DNA from: Candidatus Poribacteria bacterium
GTDB lineage: Bacteria; Poribacteria; WGA-4E; WGA-3G
Assembly (NCBI GenBank): GCA_965205015.1
Contig: OZ242029.1
Location: 1,888,001-1,952,000 of the forward strand
Direction: 5' to 3'
Length of the DNA stretch: 64,000 bases
The translations under genes and the position numbers were made by a program. Of the stretch, positions 37,304 through 47,437 are shown piece by piece (position 1 is the first letter of the stretch; each line of letters opens with the position of its first letter). The notes under the pieces were generated by a model. The model had not been told where the DNA came from and made no database searches. It saw nothing but the letters and a program-made list of their open reading frames with translations.

Positions 37304-39389
37304 TAATAAAGACTTTTAACTTTTTCCCAGAAGGCTGCGTAACGAGAAGAACGGATGTAGGAACATCCTTCACCTCTTCTGTTCCTATGTATTGAACGGG
37401 AATATCGTCTTTCGAGAGCGTTGTCAAAAGCCACATAGGTTCTCGGAAAAGGCTATCCCTAAAGAAGTTAGTATAAGACGCAGCCGCCTCAAGTGGAACA
37501 GGTTTGACCTCTCCACCTACTATCATAAACACCGATTCCCCATCAAAGATCAAGCGGCTACCCCTCTCGGTGTGAATACCTCCCCAATCGCTGCAGATCC
37601 TGTTCGCATCAAAATATGTTTTAGCCGGTCCCTCGTTCTGCAGGGTACCATCGGAGAGGTGTTCAAAACTCTCAGATTCCATCACAACGCTTTTCACCGC
37701 TTCGAGTTTCTCAAGTCCGCCGTGCGCCGCGACAGCCGCCTCAATAATTTCTTTCACCTGGGGTTCTACATTTTGCGCACCTTCAGGAGAATCGGAAGGT
37801 GTTCTTATAGGATTATCAGAGGCATCGGCAGGTCTCGTGAGATTTTCCTTCACCAATTCAGCAACAGCGGACTCAACATCAAAACCACCGAGGTTTGCTT
37901 TGCGAATAACCCCTTCACCGTCAATCAAAAAGGTTGATGGAATCCCTCGGACCTCATATAGGTTCCTCACCTCCCCGCTTTCATCCCAATAGTGAAGCCA
38001 CCCGAGCTCCTCTTTTTCAATGTATGCTTTAAGGGGTCCCGTTAACCTGTCCAGACTGATCCCGATAATCTGAAACTTCTGATCTTTGTATTTTTCGTAA
38101 GTCCGCTTCACTTTCGGCATCTCTGCGATGCAGGGTCGGCACCATGTTGCCCAGAAATCGAGCAAGACAACCTGTCCTCGAAAACTTTTCAAAGTGATCT
38201 CTTCGCCCTTCAAATCCGTTACCTGAAAATCTGGTGCGGGTTTACCAATCCACCGATTCGTCCTTGCCCCGAAGAGTTCAGGTAATTCAACGTCCTGAGC
38301 GGTTTTATCCTGTTTGATAATCTTTGTTGCGGGTATTGATTGTCGTCTCGAACTGTCTCCAGAAGGTTTAGCGTGAGGGTCAATAGGTCTCTCAAGATTT
38401 TCCGTCATCAGGTCCGCGACGGCATGCTCAAGCGCGTGTCCGCGAAGGTTCGTTTTGCGGATGATACCCTCACCGTCAATTAGGAAGGTCGAGGGAATCC
38501 CCTGCACCTTATACATTGTGCTAACCTGGCGACTTTTATCCCAATAGTGAAGCCATCCCAATTCCTCTTTCTCAATATAAGACTCAAGAGGTTCTATTGA
38601 CCTGTCCAGACTGATACCGATAATTTGGAACTTCTGATCTTTATACTTTTCGTAAGTCTTCTTAACGTTGGGTATCTCTGCGATACAGGGAGGACACCAC
38701 GTCGCCCAGAAATCAAGGAGCACGACCTGTCCACGGTATTGCTTCAACGAGAGTTCTTCACCCTTCAAATCCGTCACCTGAAAATCCAGTGCGGGCTTAC
38801 CGATCCACTCCCTTGGGTTCAGGCTTGCCCCGGGCGGTTTCGGTAATTCACCGTTTCGGTCAGCTCTGTCCTGTTCGAGGATCCTCTTCGCAAATTTCGC
38901 CTGCGATCGCGACCCGTATTTCGGATGGTCTATCAATTTTTGGTAAGCGCTGTCTGCTGCATCGTGATTGCCGAGTTTGTCGTACGCCAATCCCAAGTCT
39001 AACAGACAACGTTCAACGTAGCGAGCCTCTGGATACGCGTTGATGGCCTCTTCAAAAACCGTAACACCTTCTTCAACACGCGCCAGCTGAACCAAGGCGT
39101 TGCCGAGGAGGTAATAGACCTCATCCACCCGTTTGTATTCCGGGTGTGCTTCAACGAATTCCGCGGATTTCTCAACTAATTTCTCTAAATCTTCCTGTTT
39201 CTTCTGCTGCTTGAGGTTTTTAGAAATTGCCTTAATTGCTTGGTATTTGTAAGCCGCTTTCAGCGGGGCGGCACCCACAGAATTCGCACCAAGACCTATT
39301 AACGCAAGGCTGATGAACACGCAAATGAGATGAGCACAAAGGTTGCTATTCCCGCTTTGCTGTGAAGTTATTTCATTTCGGGAGAACAT
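37304..39389 (-). CDS. Secreted TPR + two TlpA-like redoxin domains + C-terminal domain, truncated by the IS
   Basis: DFWATWCPPC and DFWATWCRPC; TPR helices; ORF runs into the IS and stops at 37284. Confidence 0.85.
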
Positions 39390-39470
39390 CGTCGACCTCC
39401 TCTGTGTGAATTTGTGTGCGATGTATCAGAGATTTCCGCTTGTTGTAGGAGCGAGTTGTGCTCGCGATTC

Positions 39471-40481
39471 TTAATTCCCCAAATTTTCCTGCACGAGTTC
39501 CGCGACGGCGTGTTCAAGCGCGAGACCGCGGAGATTCACCCTACGGACAATTCCCGCCCCGTCAATAAGAAACGTAGACGGAATCGCTCGCACACCATAC
39601 AAACTGCTGATTTGGCCGGTGCTGTCCAAGCATTGCCGCCACTCGATCCCCTCTCCGTAAATGTATGCGTCAAGAGGGGCCATGGATCTGTCTAAGCTAA
39701 TCCCGATGATTTGGAACTTTTGATCTCTGTGTTTCGCATAAGTTTGCTTAATGTTCGGCATCTCGGCGATACACGGACCACACCACGTTGCCCAGAAATC
39801 GAGGAGTACGACCTGCCCGCGGTACTGTTCCAGTGTCAGTTCTTCACCCCTTATGTCCATCACCCGAAAATCTGGCGCCGGTTGATTTACAAATTGGTTC
39901 CGGCTTGGGCGTGGACTCTCGCCAGACAAACTCGTTAGTTCACCTTTTCGTTGGGTTTTATCCTGTTCAAGAAGCTGTTGTGCTGTTACAGCGTATCTAC
40001 CACTACGGTACTTTGGGTGATTTGCCAGTTTTTCGTAGAGGGCATCCGCTTTCCTATGCTCCCTGATTTTGTCATAGGCTAATCCTAAGATCAGCAGACT
40101 CGGTTCGGCATAGGTAGCAAAAGGATAGTCCCGGATAAGTTCTTCAAGTACCTCGATTCCTTCTTCAGTGCGCTGTAGTTCAACTAAAATGGAACCGAGG
40201 AAATAGTAAACTTCATCTACCTGTCTGTGTTTCGGGTAGGTCTTAATGAAAACCCTTAATTTCTCTATCACCGCATCATAATCAGCAGGTTCACCACCCT
40301 TTGAAAGTTCATCAAGAGCGGTTTTAATTTCGCTATACGCGCGGTTGGCTGAAACCGACTCTGAAATTGTTGTGGTGAGCGTCGAATTCACACAGGAAGC
40401 CATCAATAGCAATCCCATCAGCACAATGGCAAGGTAGTGCCGGTCTCCATTTATTCTGATACGCTTGTTTCGCGGAAACAT
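39471..40481 (-). CDS. TPR + TlpA-like redoxin protein, probable lipoprotein
   Basis: LMASC lipobox-like; DEVYYFLG TPR; DFWATWCGPC; paralog of the neighbouring gene. Confidence 0.85.
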   Translation of the reverse strand: MFPRNKRIRINGDRHYLAIVLMGLLLMASCVNSTLTTTISESVSANRAYSEIKTALDELSKGGEPADYDAVIEKLRVFIKTYPKHRQVDEVYYFLGSILVELQRTEEGIEVLEELIRDYPFATYAEPSLLILGLAYDKIREHRKADALYEKLANHPKYRSGRYAVTAQQLLEQDKTQRKGELTSLSGESPRPSRNQFVNQPAPDFRVMDIRGEELTLEQYRGQVVLLDFWATWCGPCIAEMPNIKQTYAKHRDQKFQIIGISLDRSMAPLDAYIYGEGIEWRQCLDSTGQISSLYGVRAIPSTFLIDGAGIVRRVNLRGLALEHAVAELVQENLGN

Positions 40482-40512
40482 CGCCTGTCTCCTTCAGATG
40501 AGTTGGCGGTTA

Positions 40513-41103
40513 TTAGAGGGCGTTCCGATAGGAGTACGCCAGTAGCAGTTTGATCTCTTCCGCCTGCACCTGTTGCAAGAAACGGGTTACATCCGAGTCG
40601 GAGTCACCTTCGGCAGCTTGGCACCAATCAATAAACTGATAAGAATCCCAGTTTTCTTCCGCCGCGATAGCCTGCCCGATGTCTGTGAGCGCGTCCGATG
40701 GGTTCGCTGTTTCTTTGAGAAGTTCGAGGGCACGTTCACGGAGTGCTGGGAAAATTGGGTGTGTTCCAACTCTGCCGAACCAATACTTGGAGTTAGGGTA
40801 ATCGGGTTCACGGCGATGCATGATGCCGTGCCAATAGCTCCCCGTCTGATCTGCCAATCCCTGTGAGATCGTATGCGATTCATCCAGTGCGTCGTTCCAC
40901 AAAAGTAAACCGCTTTTAATGGCTTCAGCAAACGTCGTATTTTTCAACGATGCTCCGTCGAAAAGATCATCAAGGGATGCCGCTTCCAAAGTATCCGTCA
41001 GTTCACTGCTCCATGCCTTCTGTGGCACGAGTGTCGGAAGTGGATTACCCGTTTCCAACTTTTCGATGACTTCGGCGATGGCTGATGTGTATGTTAAGTC
41101 CAT
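40513..41103 (-). CDS. Conserved hypothetical protein
   Basis: 196 aa; ESHTISQ...YWHGIMHRREPDYPNSKYWF block; AAGGAG RBS. Confidence 0.7.
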   Translation of the reverse strand: MDLTYTSAIAEVIEKLETGNPLPTLVPQKAWSSELTDTLEAASLDDLFDGASLKNTTFAEAIKSGLLLWNDALDESHTISQGLADQTGSYWHGIMHRREPDYPNSKYWFGRVGTHPIFPALRERALELLKETANPSDALTDIGQAIAAEENWDSYQFIDWCQAAEGDSDSDVTRFLQQVQAEEIKLLLAYSYRNAL

Positions 41104-41269
41104 GAGAAAACTCCTTAAGATTCAAATTGGTCTAATTTAAAAATAATTTATCATCTTTTGTCAAATAAATCAAGCGTTTTTAAGTTTACAAAGCAGTTGC
41201 TATTTAATCCGAAATATGATAAAATTAAAAACACGCGTCAGGAGATGTACGGCATAGATTGGACGGAAT

Positions 41270-41626
41270 ATGGGAACTGCCTTTAAAAAAGTCTTCATTG
41301 TTTTCATCGGATATATTGTCGTTTTGGGGGGCATTTTGATCGGTGTCATCCAACACTTCTCCGAATACGAATCGCTGCCAGAAACGATGCAGATGGTGGA
41401 CTTCTCAGGGATATTGGTATCGGTTTTAGGCGCGTGCCTCCTGAGTTTGGTCAGTGTTGCGCTGACTTTCTGGTTAGCGAGGGCATGGATAAGCGAACAG
41501 CCGGAACTCGGTGAACGGATTGTCCGTCTCGCCCTCGCAATCAGCATCAGTTTTATTGTTGTTTTCGGCGGGTTGGCAGGTGGGTTGATTGTTTTGCGGA
41601 CTTTATGGACGATCGGCTTTTTTTAA
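41270..41626 (+). CDS. Hypothetical membrane protein (3 TM)
   Basis: 118 aa hydrophobic ORF filling the gap. Confidence 0.55.
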   Translation: MGTAFKKVFIVFIGYIVVLGGILIGVIQHFSEYESLPETMQMVDFSGILVSVLGACLLSLVSVALTFWLARAWISEQPELGERIVRLALAISISFIVVFGGLAGGLIVLRTLWTIGFF

Positions 41627-41627
41627 C

Positions 41628-41656
41628 TTGCATTTTTGTTACCGATATGGTATAAT
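41628..41656 (+). promoter_or_regulatory. sigma70 promoter of the infC operon
   Basis: TTGCAT-17 nt-TATAAT with extended TG. Confidence 0.6.
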
Positions 41657-41807
41657 TAGTTAATTCATTCGGACAAACAGTGTGAATCACGTATGTGGCG
41701 TGCTTTGCAACGTCCGATGTTCGTTTTCGTTTTTATATAAGCTTGTAAGCGATGCCTATAGGCTTGCAAGCGGCGCACTGCAGCGCCTTGACTTGGGGGT
41801 GTGAAAA

Positions 41808-42353
41808 ATACACTACAAAGGCAGACGTAATCAGAGGACGAAGGAAAGACAGAGTCGTTCCAATTATCAGATTCGAGCCAAAGAGATCTTACTGATAGAT
41901 CACGAGAACAAGCAACTGGGGGTCATGACGCCCCGCGACGCAATGAAACTTGCTGAAGAAGTTGGATTGGATTTGGTAGAGGTTTCACCGAATGCCAAGC
42001 CTCCTGTTTGTAAAATCATGGACTACGGGAAGTATCAGTATGAGAAAAACAAACGCGCACGCGAGGCTCGAAAAAAGCAGTCGAAAGTTGTCCTGAAAGG
42101 AATGCAGTTCCGTCCAGATACCGCGGAACACGACTACCAGTTCAAAAAACGGCATGTCGAAGATTTCTTGAAAAATGGATGGAAGGTCCGCGCAACCGTG
42201 CGGTTCCGAGGACGCGAGATGCTTCATACCGAACTTGGTAGAAGCTTACTTTCACGACTCAAGGACGATTTGGAAGAGATTGCCGATGTGGAACAACCGC
42301 CACGGATGGAAACCCGCATCATGTCAATGATCCTCGCACCCAAATCTGTGTAA
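41808..42353 (+). CDS. infC: Translation initiation factor IF-3, non-canonical ATA start
   Basis: GLDLVEVSPNAKPPVCKIMDYGKY and FRGRE; frame open back to ATA 41808 (in-frame TGA at 41802) with GGGGGTG RBS; includes the NYQIRAKEILLID N-terminal segment. Confidence 0.92.
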   Translation: MHYKGRRNQRTKERQSRSNYQIRAKEILLIDHENKQLGVMTPRDAMKLAEEVGLDLVEVSPNAKPPVCKIMDYGKYQYEKNKRAREARKKQSKVVLKGMQFRPDTAEHDYQFKKRHVEDFLKNGWKVRATVRFRGREMLHTELGRSLLSRLKDDLEEIADVEQPPRMETRIMSMILAPKSV

Positions 42354-42507
42354 TGTTTTTGTCGTTGCACGCGTGTTTCCGATTCTAATTTTTTGTAGAG
42401 TGATCTCCTGGTCACGACATTTCCTCTTTTTGTAGGTGCGACCTCAAGCCAACGCCGATCGCGAGGGTGGTGTTTAGGGGGTCGCTGTACTTTTCAAGGA
42501 TATTCTT

Positions 42508-42702
42508 ATGCCGAAAATTAAAACACATAAAGGTGCAGCAAAACGTTTCAAGTTCACATCGAAAGGCAAAATTCGCCGCAATCGCGCATACGCAGGACAC
42601 CTGTTCATTTCAAAATCAGCGAAACGCAAACGCAGATTGCGACAGGCAACCCTTGTCCATCCGAGCAACGCGAAACGCTTGAAACGCCTCATTCATCAAT
42701 AG
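42508..42702 (+). CDS. rpmI: 50S ribosomal protein L35
   Basis: MPKIKTHKGAAKRFK; position between infC and rplT. Confidence 0.95.
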   Translation: MPKIKTHKGAAKRFKFTSKGKIRRNRAYAGHLFISKSAKRKRRLRQATLVHPSNAKRLKRLIHQ

Positions 42703-42796
42703 AACTGAATGCCCGGCATCTACGATAACAACACATATCCGGGCGAAGTGTAGACGCGACCGCGGGTAACACTGCTGATCGTAATAGGAGTTTTAA

Positions 42797-43144
42797 ATGG
42801 CACGAGTAAAAACAGGGAGCGTGCGACGCAAACGCCGGAGCCGGATGCTTAAGTATTCTAAAGGTTACCGCGGGGGACGGAATAATCTCAAACGCACTGC
42901 TACAGAAGCGGTAGAAAAGGGATGGAACCACGCCTACGCACACCGACGCGCACGCAAACGCGATTTCCGACGACTCTGGATCGCGAGAATTAATGCAGCC
43001 GCCAGATTGCACGGACTCACCTACAGCCGGTTCATACACGGGCTCAAAGCCGCTGGTATTGAGCTTGACCGGAAAGTCCTCGCCGATATCGCTGTAAATG
43101 ACGAAGCCGGTTTTGGACAACTTGTCGCCCGCGCAAAAGGTTAG
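42797..43144 (+). CDS. rplT: 50S ribosomal protein L20
   Basis: [31 protein letters not shown]. Confidence 0.96.
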   Translation: MARVKTGSVRRKRRSRMLKYSKGYRGGRNNLKRTATEAVEKGWNHAYAHRRARKRDFRRLWIARINAAARLHGLTYSRFIHGLKAAGIELDRKVLADIAVNDEAGFGQLVARAKG

Positions 43145-43173
43145 GTGTAGGTTTAGTCCCCTCTTCTTGGTAG

Positions 43174-43237
43174 ATGCCTATTGCTTTCGTCCCATAAGGA
43201 TACTAACCTTTATGGAGCAAAGTGATAGGCATTTTTT
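43174..43237 (+). terminator. Long hairpin plus T-tract after rplT
   Basis: ATGCCTATTGCTTT...AAAGTGATAGGCAT followed by a T run. Confidence 0.55.
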
Positions 43238-43306
43238 AATGGTTGTTAGTTGTGGGGTATGGGTCGGCGGTTAAAAGAGGTTCTGATAACCAAAAACAGA
43301 GGAAGT

Positions 43307-44323
43307 ATGAAAGCAGAATTACAAGCGATTCAAGCGGAGGCACTTGAGGCTTTGAAAGCTGTGAAAACGCCAGACGCGCTTGAGGCGCTCCGAATCACGT
43401 ATTTTGGACGCAGGGGAAAACTCACCGATGTCATGAAAGGCATGGGTAAACTCTCCAAAGAGGAACGTCCGATAATCGGTAAATTCGCAAATGAGGTGCG
43501 TGCCACGCTTACAGAGGCGTTTGAAACCGCGACGCAGACCTTGCATCGCCAGCAACAGGAGCAGCAGCTTGAAGCAGAAGCCGTTGACATCACGCTCCCC
43601 GGACGGAAGCCGACCTACGGAAAAGCACACCCCATAATGCAAACGTTGGCGCGGATTGAAGCGATTTTCGGTCAAATGGGGTTCCAAGTGGTGACGGGAC
43701 CCGACGTTGAGACCGAATATTACAACTTCGATGCCCTGAATACACCCGCCGATCATCCCGCTCGCGACTTACACGATACCTTTTACCTAACGGATGGGCA
43801 CCTTTTACGCACCCACACCTCGCCTGTTCAGATCCGCGCCATGGAGAACCAAAAACCGCCAATCAGGATTATCGTGCCAGGGAAATGCTATCGCGTGGAC
43901 TATGATGTCTCGCACACACCGATGTTCCATCAGGTAGAAGGCTTGCTCGTAGATACACACGCCACCTTTGGCGAACTCAAGGGGGTTTTGACCTCCTTTG
44001 CCCGGCAACTGTTCGGGGACCAGACACAAATGCGTTTCCGTCCGCACTTCTTCCCTTTTACGGAACCGAGCGCGGAGATGGATATCACCTGTGCCGTCTG
44101 TCAGGGAAAAGGGTGTCGAAGTTGTGGGGGTACGGGATGGGTTGAAGTCTTAGGGGCGGGTGCTGTTGATCCCGCTGTATTTGAAGCCGTGAACTATGAC
44201 CCGGATCAAGTTACGGGGTTTGCCTTCGGTATGGGGGTAGAAAGGATCGCGAACCTCCAGTTTCGCATCCCGGACATGCGCACTCTCTATGAAAACGATC
44301 TCCGATTCCTACGCCAATTTTAA
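43307..44323 (+). CDS. pheS: Phenylalanine-tRNA ligase alpha subunit
   Basis: HPARDLHDTF, LRTHTSPVQ, FHQVEG, FPFTEPSAE, GFAFGMGVER. Confidence 0.96.
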   Translation: MKAELQAIQAEALEALKAVKTPDALEALRITYFGRRGKLTDVMKGMGKLSKEERPIIGKFANEVRATLTEAFETATQTLHRQQQEQQLEAEAVDITLPGRKPTYGKAHPIMQTLARIEAIFGQMGFQVVTGPDVETEYYNFDALNTPADHPARDLHDTFYLTDGHLLRTHTSPVQIRAMENQKPPIRIIVPGKCYRVDYDVSHTPMFHQVEGLLVDTHATFGELKGVLTSFARQLFGDQTQMRFRPHFFPFTEPSAEMDITCAVCQGKGCRSCGGTGWVEVLGAGAVDPAVFEAVNYDPDQVTGFAFGMGVERIANLQFRIPDMRTLYENDLRFLRQF

Positions 44324-44336
44324 TGCGGTGACATAG

Positions 44337-45218
44337 ATGAAACGCACCTGTTTTGCAATTGTCATACTCATTTTTCTTCTCCACAACAATTCCGCTGTTT
44401 CCGAAGTTAGCAGTGCCGCCCAGCAGGTTCTCGCCACTATAGAATGGATCTCAATTCCCGAAGGCACCTTCCTGATGGGTTCAACCCCCGAGGAGGCGAA
44501 AGCCGCCTACGAGGACGCAAAATTGCGGAGTTCCATGCTGGAGCAGCACACCTTCGATGCTGAACTGCCACGACACCGAATCTACCTAAGCACTTACGAA
44601 ATATCGCGGTATGAAATCACCAATACCCAATACCGCACTTTCATTGAGGCAACGAACCGTCCGACACCGCGCGGACACAACGGCGAGGAGACGTGGGCAG
44701 ATGAAACGCTCAACAGCGACACACAACCCGTTGTCGGTGTAACATGGTTTGATGCCCAGGCGTTTGCAGAATGGATCGGCGGAAGCCTCCCGACCGAGGC
44801 ACAATGGGAACGTGCAGCACGTGGGGCAGAGGGACGAACATACCCGTGGGGCGACGTTCCACCAAAAGCGCGTCAACACGCTAACTTCGCACGCCGCTAT
44901 AATCGTCCGGTGCCGGTGGGTCAGTTCCCAAAAGGTGAATCTCCGAACGGTATCGCAGACCTTGCCGGAAATGTATGGGAATGGTGCCTTGATGAATACA
45001 GCCCAACTTTCTATCAGCAACACAACGGTGGAACCTCCCAAAATCCACTCAATCTTCGGTTCCGAGATATCCTACGCGCAAGGGTCATCCGAGGCGGCGC
45101 GTGGGATGTGGGGAGAGCATTTCTTCGGTCAAGTCTCCGATTTAAATTTTATCCTTTGGATTCAACGCATACAATCGGATTTCGGGTCGTCCGTCCGCGC
45201 CCAGCAATAAAAGAATAG
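44337..45218 (+). CDS. Formylglycine-generating enzyme (SUMF1)-family protein
   Basis: FLMGS, PVVGVTW, LPTEAQWERAARG, DLAGNVWEW, RGGAW, IGFRVV; signal peptide. Confidence 0.88.
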   Translation: MKRTCFAIVILIFLLHNNSAVSEVSSAAQQVLATIEWISIPEGTFLMGSTPEEAKAAYEDAKLRSSMLEQHTFDAELPRHRIYLSTYEISRYEITNTQYRTFIEATNRPTPRGHNGEETWADETLNSDTQPVVGVTWFDAQAFAEWIGGSLPTEAQWERAARGAEGRTYPWGDVPPKARQHANFARRYNRPVPVGQFPKGESPNGIADLAGNVWEWCLDEYSPTFYQQHNGGTSQNPLNLRFRDILRARVIRGGAWDVGRAFLRSSLRFKFYPLDSTHTIGFRVVRPRPAIKE

Positions 45219-45231
45219 CCTTTCTATCACT

Positions 45232-46902
45232 ATGTTCCAACGGAAACACAACCTATCTCGTCTCCTATTCCTCATACTACAGACCTATCTGCTTCTCATG
45301 CGCCTACCACTCGGAAGTACTGCCCCCTATTTTCGAGATGTGACCGATGCGATGAAACTTGATTTTCGACACATCAACGGCTTCTCTACGGAACGTAGAC
45401 TCGTTGAAACCATGGGGAGCGGCGGTGCGCTCTTTGACTTCGACAACGATGGAGACTTGGATCTCTACCTCATTCAAGGCAACTTACTCTCATCATCAAC
45501 AGAAGCCCCGCCCACAAACCGTCTCTATCGAAACGATGCGGGTGTTTTCGTTGACATCACAGCGTCCGCAAACGTCGGTGATACCGGCTATGGTCTCGGT
45601 GCTGTCGCTGCCGATTATGATTCTGACGGGTACCGCGATCTGTACGTGACAAACTTAGGCAAAAATGTCCTCTACCGAAACAACGGCGATGGTACCTTTA
45701 TCGATGTAACCGAACACGCACAGGTAAGTTGTCCCTTGTTAAGTGCAAGTGCCGCATTTGCTGACATTGACCGAGATGGCGACTTGGATCTCTACGTGTG
45801 TAACTACGTCGAATACGCCTTGGAAACCGATATCCCCTGCTATTACAAAAATACTCTGCGTATCTACTGCGGTCCCAACGAGTATCACGGCATCGCCGAT
45901 GTGCTTTACCGAAACAACGGCGACGGCACGTTCACAGACATAACGAAAGCCGCGGGGGTCTATGAACCGACGACGCGGGGGCTCGGTGTCGTCTTCACAG
46001 ACGTAAATAACGACAGATGGCTGGACATCTACGTCGCAAACGATATGTCCCCGAATACGCTTTTCATCAATCAGGGGAATGGCACTTTTCGAGAGGAGGG
46101 CGTGCTTCGCGGTGTTGCATACAACGGCGATGGCATAGCAAACGGTTCTATGGGTATCGACGCTGGTGACTATGACAACGACGGCGATATTGACCTCTGG
46201 GTGTCCAATTTTGCATTGGAGGCGAACTGCCTCATGCAGAACGATGGCGACGGCTACTTTGAAGATATGACGTTTGACGCAAACCTCGCCGATCCTTCCT
46301 TCTACGCACTCGGTTTCGGCACCCGTTTCATCGACTTTGATAACGACGGTTGGTTAGACTTGCTCGTCGGAAATGGACACATCTGGGACAACGTGAAACA
46401 GATTGACGCGAAACAGAGCTACGCACAACCCGTGCAACTCTTTCACAATCAAGGCGGCACTTCACAAAGCCATACCGGCTTCACCGAGATTACCGCTGAA
46501 GTGGGATTGAATAAAACACCTTACGTCGTCCGCGGGATGCTCTTTGGGGATATAGATACCGATGGTGATGTGGACGTTGTGCTTTGTCAATCGAACCGTC
46601 CAACGGTCATCCTCAGCAATGAAATCGGTAGTGAGAACGCATGGTTAACGGTGAAATTGGTCGGAGCAGACGGCAATACAGATGCAATCGGCGCGCAGGT
46701 TCAGTTGGAAGCGGATGGGATGACACTCCTACGGGAGGTTATCTGCGGTGCAAGTTACCTCTCGGGCAACGATCTTCGTCTCACCTTTGGATTGGGAGAA
46801 GCATCGGAGATAAAGAACCTCCAAGTCCGATGGCACAACGGGAATGTCCAGCAATTAAGTAAAGTGCCGATCCGTCAAATTGTCACATTTTCGCAGGATT
46901 GA
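45232..46902 (+). CDS. CRTAC1-family FG-GAP/VCBS repeat protein with ASPIC/UnbV domain
   Basis: Repeated DFDNDGDLDLY / YRNNGDGTF units; AIGAQV...SYLSG...LTFGLG. Confidence 0.88.
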   Translation: MFQRKHNLSRLLFLILQTYLLLMRLPLGSTAPYFRDVTDAMKLDFRHINGFSTERRLVETMGSGGALFDFDNDGDLDLYLIQGNLLSSSTEAPPTNRLYRNDAGVFVDITASANVGDTGYGLGAVAADYDSDGYRDLYVTNLGKNVLYRNNGDGTFIDVTEHAQVSCPLLSASAAFADIDRDGDLDLYVCNYVEYALETDIPCYYKNTLRIYCGPNEYHGIADVLYRNNGDGTFTDITKAAGVYEPTTRGLGVVFTDVNNDRWLDIYVANDMSPNTLFINQGNGTFREEGVLRGVAYNGDGIANGSMGIDAGDYDNDGDIDLWVSNFALEANCLMQNDGDGYFEDMTFDANLADPSFYALGFGTRFIDFDNDGWLDLLVGNGHIWDNVKQIDAKQSYAQPVQLFHNQGGTSQSHTGFTEITAEVGLNKTPYVVRGMLFGDIDTDGDVDVVLCQSNRPTVILSNEIGSENAWLTVKLVGADGNTDAIGAQVQLEADGMTLLREVICGASYLSGNDLRLTFGLGEASEIKNLQVRWHNGNVQQLSKVPIRQIVTFSQD

Positions 46903-46927
46903 CACTTTTCGCTGTTAATACTACAAT
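46899..46927 (+). promoter_or_regulatory. sigma70-like promoter
   Basis: TTGACA-17 nt-TACAAT. Confidence 0.5.
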
Positions 46928-47080
46928 AAATAGGGGGGATTAGCGGTCAGCAATTAATAGTCAGTTAAGAGGTGCCCCGTAAACCCAAAACGGTAGCCTG
47001 CAACATCGGCGCAGGCGGATGGAAAGAACACACGCAAAAGTTCTAACATCCATTGTTCTCCCGCAAGGTAAATTAAAAAC

Positions 47081-47437
47081 ATGAAAATCGTTGAAGAAAG
47101 AGAAGCGTGGATTCACACGCACTTCATCCTTGATAGCTTCTTCGTCACCGAACAGGAACGCCGGCAGATTTCTATTAGCGTTGAACCGGAACTGATGCAT
47201 CTCGGACTCCAATACGGACTGACGTATGACATCGCGCCATCAAAACATCGCGCCATCATCGTCCTTGAATGCATACCCTTTGATCCAATCAAAGCGGAAA
47301 TTAAAAAACTGATTAACGATGTGATCGAAGATTTTCCTGTCCGACTCCCTGAACAACGGAATGTTGTTACCAATATTACCGTCACGGATCAGGAAACAGA
47401 AGCAGCGAATACTAATGTCCAAGCCCCAAGGCAGTGA
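47081..47437 (+). CDS. Hypothetical protein
   Basis: 118 aa; preceded by CCGCAAGG leader motif and promoter. Confidence 0.6.
   Translation: MKIVEEREAWIHTHFILDSFFVTEQERRQISISVEPELMHLGLQYGLTYDIAPSKHRAIIVLECIPFDPIKAEIKKLINDVIEDFPVRLPEQRNVVTNITVTDQETEAANTNVQAPRQ

Noticed and set aside
43145-43306. T-box or pheM attenuator upstream of pheS
   Set aside because: No T-box consensus or Phe-rich leader peptide; only a terminator-like hairpin
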